A stretch of DNA of 64,000 bases, taken from contig CALVAL010000001.1 of assembly GCA_944325535.1 (NCBI GenBank), positions 1,925-65,924 of the forward strand, given 5' to 3'. The notes under the pieces are model-generated. The model was not told where the DNA came from, made no database searches, and worked only from the letters and a program-made list of their open reading frames with translations. The DNA is from Candidatus Gastranaerophilales bacterium. Its GTDB lineage: Bacteria > Cyanobacteriota > Vampirovibrionia > Gastranaerophilales > Gastranaerophilaceae. Position numbers and translations under genes: made by a program. Positions 57,175-64,000 of this stretch are shown here, piece after piece (position 1 is the stretch's first letter; every line of letters begins with the position of its first letter).

Positions 57175-58167
57175 TTAGCCGCTACCCCAATCAAATACTG
57201 AAGATATAGCATCATCAATTAAGGATTGTATTGATTGAATTTCAGTATTGATTGATTCCAATTCTGTTGATAAGTCTTGATTTTCTATATCCAACCAATC
57301 TTCTTTTTCAGAGATTCTTTCTTTTTCGGCATTATACCAAGCTGTAATTTCTTCTCTTACACCCGAATCTGTTCTGGATTCTACTAAACCTGATGTAATA
57401 AAATATGTTAATGAAGTATCAGGATCATAATTGCCTTCATCATTAACAGTTACAAGCTGGAATGTACCACTATTAATTGCATCACTTATATAAGTGTCAT
57501 TTAAATTCATATCTTTATTGTATTCAGTAGTCCATCCATTAGCTGCTGCGGCTTGGAATATTGGATAATAAAAATCTACAATGCTTTGAAGTAATTCTGT
57601 TGTTTTATCACTATTATCAACAGTAACAGAATTTCCTGACGAATTTCCGGTAGTTGTTTGTACCGGATTTGCTTCATAACTTGATTCTATTTTTTCATTA
57701 TTAATAACTTTTTCAAAATCTTCTGAAGTATATCCAGGAATCAATTCTGCTAAGATTTCAGGGATTTTTTCTGTAGAGAAAGTGCCACCCTGACCTTGAA
57801 CATTCATTGCTGAAGAGCCTAGTACTGCTGTAATAGCATTAGCATATTTCTGACTCATTACAACTTGACCTTTATAATCAGTTAGAATCATTGAATTATC
57901 TTTTTTTAGCGCCTGATTACCACTTGTTATAGCAAGATAATTTGCTCCATATCCCATCAGATATTCATAGTTCATAAGGTTATATTGACCGTTAGCATAG
58001 TAAGAAATTTGTTTTGATTGTAATTTACTTTGGTATTCTCTGGAAAGTTGGCTCTGTTCTCTAGTTAATGCCATTTTTTCCATGGAATTAATAGAGATAC
58101 CGTACTCGCAATCGGCTTTGCGGGCGGTTAATGTTAATAGTCTAATTTGTGAGCAGGCTAATCCCAT
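57175..58167 (-). CDS. Hypothetical protein with helical N- and C-terminal regions and a Ser/Thr/Asn/Gly-rich middle
   Basis: 330 aa, SD AAAGGAAAG. No recognised domain. Confidence 0.55.
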   Translation of the reverse strand: MGLACSQIRLLTLTARKADCEYGISINSMEKMALTREQSQLSREYQSKLQSKQISYYANGQYNLMNYEYLMGYGANYLAITSGNQALKKDNSMILTDYKGQVVMSQKYANAITAVLGSSAMNVQGQGGTFSTEKIPEILAELIPGYTSEDFEKVINNEKIESSYEANPVQTTTGNSSGNSVTVDNSDKTTELLQSIVDFYYPIFQAAAANGWTTEYNKDMNLNDTYISDAINSGTFQLVTVNDEGNYDPDTSLTYFITSGLVESRTDSGVREEITAWYNAEKERISEKEDWLDIENQDLSTELESINTEIQSIQSLIDDAISSVFDWGSG

Positions 58168-58325
58168 TTTTTCTTTCCTTTATTGTCCCTTTTATATTAT
58201 TGTTATCGGCATTTTTTCTAAAAACTTTAGATTTTTATGAAAAATTTTTACAAAACTTTACAAAAGGGCAATTATGAATTTTTTTTTGTTTTATACATGT
58301 TAGAAGGTTTTATGTAGGAGTAATT

Positions 58326-59483
58326 ATGACTCAAACAAGTAATATCATTAGTACTCAACCTACACCGGTATTTATTCCGGTAAAAAATGCAACGTCATTT
58401 AGAGCAGCTAAGACAAAACAAAGTGAAAATGAAGTTGATAGTTTCATAAAACAACAAGAAGAAGCTAGAAAAAAGGCAAGAAATCAGCAAAGATTGAATA
58501 CTGGTATTCAATTGGGTGTTTTAGCAGCGCTATTGGTTTCTATTGGGTTAGCGGCAAAGCAGATGGACTTATTCAAAAGATTTAAATTAGAATTTAAAGA
58601 TTTAACAAAAGAATTAAGTCTAAGTGAAATGGCATTGCCTAAAAGTCAGGAAGAGGCCGCAAAACGTATAACAAATTTTGTAGAACATCATGATAAAATT
58701 GTCAAAATGGGAGGTCCTGAGGGAACTTCTATTCTATTTTACGGACCTCCAGGAACAGGAAAAAATACTTTTGCATATGCTATAACGAAAAAATTTCCTA
58801 ATGCAAAATTTGTGGAAATGGATATTTCAAAAATGAATTCTAAATGGCATGGTGAATCTGAACAAAATGTTTTAGGGACAATGGAAGCTGTAATTAAAGA
58901 AGCTAAGAAAAATCCTGATAAAAAATATTTTGTATTTATTGATGAAATTGATTCTGTTATGATGCAAGATGTTGGAAGTAATGCAAAGTTGTCTCAAGAT
59001 ATTTTGAATGCTTTCAAAAAAGGATTTAATGATTTAACAAATAAAGAAAATATTATTGTAATGGGGGCTACCAATTTAAAGATAGATCCAGAGCTTGCTA
59101 GATTGGAAGGTAAAGTTCTTGATAGTGCAATGCTTGATAGATTTGCAGAAAAAGTTCTTGTTGATTTACCTACTAAGGATCAAATAAAGCTTGCTATTAC
59201 AAATTATTATAAGTCTTCAAAACGTACGGATGTAGAAAATTCACTAAGAGATATAAACAATGAGAAATTAGATAAAATTGCAGAATTTTTAGCTGATAGA
59301 AAACGTGGTACATCGTTTAGAAAACTTATAAACGGTATCTTACGTCCAGCAGCGTCAAATAAAGAATATTCTGCAGATGCAATAATGACAATGGACGATT
59401 TAATAAATTCTATAAAAAATAATAAAAATAATTTAAATATTTCAGATGCAGAAATGCAAAAATTCTTAGATTCATTAAAATAA
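58326..59483 (+). CDS. Membrane-anchored AAA+ ATPase (classic clade) with interrupted P-loop
   Basis: Hydrophobic segment about residues 58-78. GPPGTGKNT instead of GPPGTGKT; Walker B FVFIDEIDS; sensor-1 GATN; ...LDRF. Confidence 0.75.
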   Translation: MTQTSNIISTQPTPVFIPVKNATSFRAAKTKQSENEVDSFIKQQEEARKKARNQQRLNTGIQLGVLAALLVSIGLAAKQMDLFKRFKLEFKDLTKELSLSEMALPKSQEEAAKRITNFVEHHDKIVKMGGPEGTSILFYGPPGTGKNTFAYAITKKFPNAKFVEMDISKMNSKWHGESEQNVLGTMEAVIKEAKKNPDKKYFVFIDEIDSVMMQDVGSNAKLSQDILNAFKKGFNDLTNKENIIVMGATNLKIDPELARLEGKVLDSAMLDRFAEKVLVDLPTKDQIKLAITNYYKSSKRTDVENSLRDINNEKLDKIAEFLADRKRGTSFRKLINGILRPAASNKEYSADAIMTMDDLINSIKNNKNNLNISDAEMQKFLDSLK

Positions 59484-59495
59484 CAGGAGATAATA

Positions 59496-60833
59496 ATGGT
59501 TCAGTCAGTAAATACCCCAATAAATTTTAAAGCAGATACAATAGCTTATCCTACGGTAAGTTATAATAATAGATATACTCCACCAATGCCTGATAATAGC
59601 ATAGATGATGTTTTTCTAATGCAAGAAATGGCTAATCAAAAAGCTATAAAAAAAGAAAAATCAAAAGAAAAGTGGGACAAAGCCGGAGTTCTTGCACAGG
59701 CAGGAATTGCAGTTGCATTTTTAGGAATGCTAATTGTGAACCTAATAGGTTTAAAAAAGGGTGGTCAAAGTATTGCAGATGCAGCTAGTGAAGCTGCAAA
59801 AAAAGAATTGGATACTCTAACCAAAGTTAATATAAATTGGGATGATTTTGCTGAGAAAAAAATTGTTGCACCTTTGGATTCTAAAACTACATCTAAAGCA
59901 TTAAAGGGTGCTTTTAAAAATATGATAGATAGCCGAAAAATTACAGAAAAAGCAAAAAATTGGGGTGGAGGTAGTGACAATACAGATATTATATACTTAT
60001 ATGGTCATGGTGGAACTGGTAAAACTTACATTGCTAAACAGTTTGCACAAGAAATGGGAGCTAAGTTTACAAGCATTAAATATCCTGATATCGGCTCTCC
60101 ATTCAAAGATGCTGGTAGTATGAAAATTAACAGATTTTTTGAAAATATTATAGAGGCGGCTGAAAAAGAAAAAGATAGGCAGTTTGTTGTATGTATTGAT
60201 GAAATAGATGCAATTATCAAAAAGGTTCAAGATGCATCTCAAGGTTCAGGAGAAGCTTCTAAGGCAAGGGCTGCTGTTCTAACAGGTTTAGATAGGGTAA
60301 GAGAACATTGCTCAAATGTAACAATTATTGCAACATCTAATTATCATCCTAAGAATGGAATTGTAGATCCAATTGTCTTAAGAAGATTTAACAATATGAT
60401 TTTGGCTCCTCTTCCAGAGGTTGAACAAGCAGAAGCTTTACTTAAAATGTATCTGGAAAAACAAAATATTGGAGCTCTTAAAGACAGCGGATTTATTGAT
60501 GGTAGTGATTTCAAAAACTTTGCGAAAAAACTTCATAATAATGGATATTCAAATGGTGAAATTTCATTAATAGCAGAAGAAGCAGGAAAAATTTTCAGAA
60601 GTAGTTTGATTGGAGTTGCAGATGCTGATTTACCTAAACATAAATTTACTGTGAAGTTTTTGGAAGATGCTATGAAACTTAAAGGAGAAGCCGCAAGCAA
60701 AACAAATGACCTAATGGATGTTGCTAAGACAAATCGTTATAACTCTTGGGTTAATCACCAAAATTCGCAACAAAATAAAGCAAAACTTTCGGTTTTTGAA
60801 CGAATAAAACAATGGATTAGTAACAAATTTTAA
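59496..60833 (+). CDS. Membrane-anchored AAA+ ATPase (classic clade), canonical P-loop
   Basis: Hydrophobic segment about residues 62-85. GHGGTGKT, VVCIDEIDA, ATSN, ...LRRF. 12 nt after the previous gene. Confidence 0.75.
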   Translation: MVQSVNTPINFKADTIAYPTVSYNNRYTPPMPDNSIDDVFLMQEMANQKAIKKEKSKEKWDKAGVLAQAGIAVAFLGMLIVNLIGLKKGGQSIADAASEAAKKELDTLTKVNINWDDFAEKKIVAPLDSKTTSKALKGAFKNMIDSRKITEKAKNWGGGSDNTDIIYLYGHGGTGKTYIAKQFAQEMGAKFTSIKYPDIGSPFKDAGSMKINRFFENIIEAAEKEKDRQFVVCIDEIDAIIKKVQDASQGSGEASKARAAVLTGLDRVREHCSNVTIIATSNYHPKNGIVDPIVLRRFNNMILAPLPEVEQAEALLKMYLEKQNIGALKDSGFIDGSDFKNFAKKLHNNGYSNGEISLIAEEAGKIFRSSLIGVADADLPKHKFTVKFLEDAMKLKGEAASKTNDLMDVAKTNRYNSWVNHQNSQQNKAKLSVFERIKQWISNKF

Positions 60834-61016
60834 AATTTTGTTAAGAAAAAGGCAATTTTTCAAATCCAAAATACTTTATATAAATGTAAGGGATAATTAA
60901 ATGATTGAAATAAAAGTTAGGATAAGTTAAGTAAATATAATTCAAATAAGAAGATGTATTTACCATATAGGTTTCTTTTTATACTCTCTCTCTTAATATC
61001 CTCGTGTTTATTTAAT

Positions 61017-61048
61017 GTTTGCCATCTCTCTTTGGCAAACTTTTTTTT
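61017..61048 (+). terminator. Rho-independent terminator
   Basis: GTTTGCCA-tctctctt-TGGCAAAC followed by T8. Confidence 0.75.
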
Positions 61049-61139
61049 GAGGGTAAATATATTTGGCAGGGATGTGTAGCTATTAGTGTGGAATTGGCAA
61101 TATGTGACGAGTTGTATATCACAACTCCCCATATCTTAT

Positions 61140-62855
61140 TTACACCTTTACACCTTTACTCTTTATTTTATCTGCAATTTTTTTGCAACGGATTTTATCA
61201 ATTTCTTTTATGACTTCTCCGACAGGGATTTCCCAAGCACCAGATGTTGGACATTGGAACGGCTTTATGCTTTTATACCAAGCGATATCATCGCCTTGAG
61301 TCTTAAACCATCTCCATTCAACAATTCTATTGAATAGTCCAAATGTTTTTATTCCTAATGCTCCTGCTAAGTTCATAACTCCGTTATCGGTAGTTACCAT
61401 AAAATCCATGCAATTCATTGCACAAGCTGTATCTTCCCAATTTTTGAAAGTTTTTCCTAAACGTATTAAGTTGCAATTTTCAGGTATTTTATCCATTTGA
61501 TTTGTAAGGTCATCCACCTGAAAACTATATACTTCAACATCAGGAAGCTGCATTAGAGGGTATAAATAGGTTAGCGGAATATCTCTGTCAGTCTCTTTAC
61601 TTGCAAGAGTACCCTCATAGGCAATACCTATTTTAATTTTATCATTATCGTTTATGTGTTCTTTTTTGTATGTATTAATTTTTGATTTTGGCACTCTTAA
61701 ATATCCACTTGCTTTCGGAATAGTATCAGGCTGTGTTTCACATACGATAGGTAGATCCATCATAGGAATATAATAATCAAAATTTATATTTGGAATTTGT
61801 TCTTCGGTATAGATTTCTACTCCAAGTTTTGAATCTTCAAATAATGAAATTAAAGAGCCTTGAACTACAAGCATTACTTTTTTACAGAGTTTTTTTAGTT
61901 CATCTATAAATCTTACAAACATAATTGAGTCGCCAAAGCCTTGTTCAAAATGAACTAAGATGTTTTTATCTTTAATATCTACCTTCATGTTCCATCTTTT
62001 TTTCTTTGTTGTTAAAAGCTGAGGGAATGAAACATTTTTTAAATCTTCTTTTTGGAAGCGATGTTGTAAGAATTTAAAGCCTTCTGAGAAGCGCTTGTGT
62101 CTTACTAAATAAGCTCCATAGGCGTGTAAATCAGAATGTGTAGGGTTTAAGTACATCAATTTTTGATAGAATTCATCAGCTTTTTGTATTTCATCGAATT
62201 TTCCATATACATAAGCTAAATTTTTAACAACAATTCTGTTATTAGGAGCTAGTTCAAAAGCCCTTGTTAAATATTCTATTTGTTTTTCCTTGAACTTATC
62301 TTGATAACAAGTTGAATATAAATGTCCCAACATATTGTAAATAGAGAAATTATTTTTATTTCTTTCAAGCGCTTTTTCGTAGTATTCAATTGCTTTTTTA
62401 TTATCCTTAATATCTGTGTAAGTTAGATCTGCTAAGTATACATATACATCTTCTTTATCTGGAGAAATTTCTTCAAAACGTTTTAAAAATTTTATTGCTA
62501 AGTCAGCATTTCCAATAGATTTCATACATAGTCCGATATTTTTGTATACATTTATTGGGAATCCTGAATATTTCATAATGTCGCGATATTGTTCAATTGC
62601 TTCAATATATTTTTTATCAAGTGACATTTGTTGAGCATATTGTAGTGCATAATTGATATATTGATTTACAATTCTATTTTGCTCTGCTTCATCTAAAATT
62701 GTAGGGATAACTTCTCTGTAGATTTCTAATCCTCTAGGGAAATTATTATTCTTACAGTAATATTCAGCCATTGCTTCATCTAATGAAATAATCAAATCTT
62801 TAGAATTATCCATTGGGATTTCTTTTCTTACAACTAGACGCTTTGAGACTTGCAT
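61140..62855 (-). CDS. TPR-repeat protein fused to a glycosyltransferase family 9-like domain
   Basis: N-terminal TPRs. C-terminal ...VHFEQGFGDSIMFVRF..., ...DNGVMNLAGALG... resembles heptosyltransferase-fold proteins. Confidence 0.6.
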   Translation of the reverse strand: MQVSKRLVVRKEIPMDNSKDLIISLDEAMAEYYCKNNNFPRGLEIYREVIPTILDEAEQNRIVNQYINYALQYAQQMSLDKKYIEAIEQYRDIMKYSGFPINVYKNIGLCMKSIGNADLAIKFLKRFEEISPDKEDVYVYLADLTYTDIKDNKKAIEYYEKALERNKNNFSIYNMLGHLYSTCYQDKFKEKQIEYLTRAFELAPNNRIVVKNLAYVYGKFDEIQKADEFYQKLMYLNPTHSDLHAYGAYLVRHKRFSEGFKFLQHRFQKEDLKNVSFPQLLTTKKKRWNMKVDIKDKNILVHFEQGFGDSIMFVRFIDELKKLCKKVMLVVQGSLISLFEDSKLGVEIYTEEQIPNINFDYYIPMMDLPIVCETQPDTIPKASGYLRVPKSKINTYKKEHINDNDKIKIGIAYEGTLASKETDRDIPLTYLYPLMQLPDVEVYSFQVDDLTNQMDKIPENCNLIRLGKTFKNWEDTACAMNCMDFMVTTDNGVMNLAGALGIKTFGLFNRIVEWRWFKTQGDDIAWYKSIKPFQCPTSGAWEIPVGEVIKEIDKIRCKKIADKIKSKGVKV

Positions 62856-62989
62856 TTTTAGCTCCTTCTTAATATTTGTTAATAAAATGTTAGCATATCA
62901 GAGCTCTTTTTTAAACCATAACTAAATAAAAATGGGCTATTTAGACTATACTGTTTTATATAATCTATTTATGCTAAATTGTATTTATT

Positions 62990-63637
62990 ATGTTTTATTT
63001 TGATGAAATTTTTGGAAAAAAAATTCTAAGAAGTGATTATTTAGAAAGTGTTAATGCTTTCTTTACTACAAGAGCAGGCATGGATTTTTCGCTATTTGAG
63101 TCAAGGAAAATAATATCTCCAATGCAAACTCATAGTGATAATATAGAAATTGTAGATGATAGAGTTGAATATCCTGATACTGATGCTCTTATACTTAAAA
63201 ATAATAAAGATTTAGTATATTTAAGGTTTGCAGATTGCACTCCATTAATATTTTATGATACCAAACAAAAAATAGGAGCAGTATCTCATGCAGGTTGGCG
63301 CGGAACAGCTAAAAAAATTGGGCCTAAAACTATAGAAAAAATGGAATCAGATCCTAAAGATGTTATTGCTGTAATAGGACCTGCTATTTCTATATGTTGT
63401 TATGAAGTATCTGAAGATGTAAAAAATCAGCTTTTATCAACGGTAAAAAATCAGGATGGCTTGTGTTATGAAAAGAATGTTGATTTGAAAAATATTAATG
63501 CTCGTCAACTTGAAGAAATGAGAGTTTCTAAAATAGATATATGTCCATATTGTACAAGTTGTAATAATGATTTATTTTATTCTTATCGCAAAGAAAATGG
63601 AACTAGCCTAAGGCATCATGCGATATTAACACTTTGA
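62990..63637 (+). CDS. pgeF: Peptidoglycan editing factor PgeF (YfiH/DUF152 laccase-domain protein)
   Basis: MQTHSDNI, ADCTPL, VSHAGWRGT, GPAIS.CCYEV. Confidence 0.8.
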   Translation: MFYFDEIFGKKILRSDYLESVNAFFTTRAGMDFSLFESRKIISPMQTHSDNIEIVDDRVEYPDTDALILKNNKDLVYLRFADCTPLIFYDTKQKIGAVSHAGWRGTAKKIGPKTIEKMESDPKDVIAVIGPAISICCYEVSEDVKNQLLSTVKNQDGLCYEKNVDLKNINARQLEEMRVSKIDICPYCTSCNNDLFYSYRKENGTSLRHHAILTL

Positions 63638-64000
63638 TTTTTTTCAGTTTTTGCTTTTTGTGCTTTACGTTTTTTATCCAAAGTATTTGTGACGTAAATA
63701 TTTAAGTTTGGAATTCCAAGACCAAGAACAAGACCTGAGAATAAATATCCTGCAAGTTGAGCTTTATTTAGTGTGCTTAATCTTTTGCGAGTAAATTTTT
63801 TAATATTAGCATCATTTATTTTATCTAAATCTTTCAACATTTCTTTGAAAGATTTTGCGATTAATTTTCCATCTTTTTCTTTTGTTGTACTAATTCCATT
63901 TTTAGCCAGAGTTTCGATTAAAATTTCATCTCTGGTTTTTAATTGCGCATTGAAAGTTCGTTTAAAGATATTTTTGTCTTTAGATTTATTATTGTAATTT
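63616..64000 (-). CDS. Hypothetical protein, C-terminal part only (N-terminus beyond window)
   Basis: The frame stays open from 63840 to the window end (own translation ...NYNNKSKDKNIFKRTFNAQLKTRDEILIETLAKNG...). C-terminal TM followed by a Lys-rich tail. Confidence 0.5.
   Translation of the reverse strand, partial: NYNNKSKDKNIFKRTFNAQLKTRDEILIETLAKNGISTTKEKDGKLIAKSFKEMLKDLDKINDANIKKFTRKRLSTLNKAQLAGYLFSGLVLGLGIPNLNIYVTNTLDKKRKAQKAKTEKNQSVNIA

Noticed and set aside
60834-61139. ORFs 60917-61132(-), 61019-61213(+) and 61086-61337(+) in or near the spacer after the AAA+ operon.
   Set aside because: They overlap each other, the terminator at 61017-61048 and the 3' end of the TPR-GT9 gene. No SD sequences and an implausible composition.

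Overview
Visibly AT-rich chromosomal segment (GC not computed) from what looks like a diderm bacterium: it has a secretin, an OmpA-like MotB, a beta-barrel-like protein, PAP2 and a GT9-like domain. The EF-G N-terminus resembles cyanobacterial-type EF-G, so a non-photosynthetic cyanobacterial relative (Melainabacteria-like) is a low-confidence guess. All calls come from motif recognition by eye on the supplied translations; no searches were run.

Most of the window is housekeeping: malQ (partial), ftsH, rplI, pyrH-frr-cdsA-rnc, tpiA, mscL, fusA, mutS, rimI, bioY, pgk, deoC, uppP, queD, aspS, pgeF and one tRNA-Arg(CCU). Between these lie:
- a type IV pilus / type II secretion-like cluster (secretin, GspE/PilB ATPase, GspF/PilC platform);
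- an anti-sigma / ECF sigma / Spy-like envelope-stress operon with an ECF-type promoter;
- a motA-motB operon with an extra third gene;
- a ParDE toxin-antitoxin cassette bracketed by direct repeats;
- five small XRE-type HTH regulators, at four loci each divergently paired with a small non-conserved ORF;
- an orphan radical SAM/SPASM enzyme;
- two tandem membrane-anchored AAA+ ATPases next to a coiled-coil protein;
- several large lineage-specific hypothetical proteins.

Intergenic DNA is unusually structured. It holds 80-bp and 98-bp tandem repeats, a mosaic repeat family with heptamer/octamer microsatellites, GC-rich hairpin plus G-tail inverted pairs (MITE-like), and three cases where the 3' end of a gene or tRNA is duplicated around a small insertion.

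I recognised no CRISPR array, rRNA, transposase or integrase. The candidates for something undescribed are the AAA+ pair locus, the recurrent XRE/small-ORF modules (one adjacent to the rSAM/SPASM gene) and the repeat families. All remain hypotheses.
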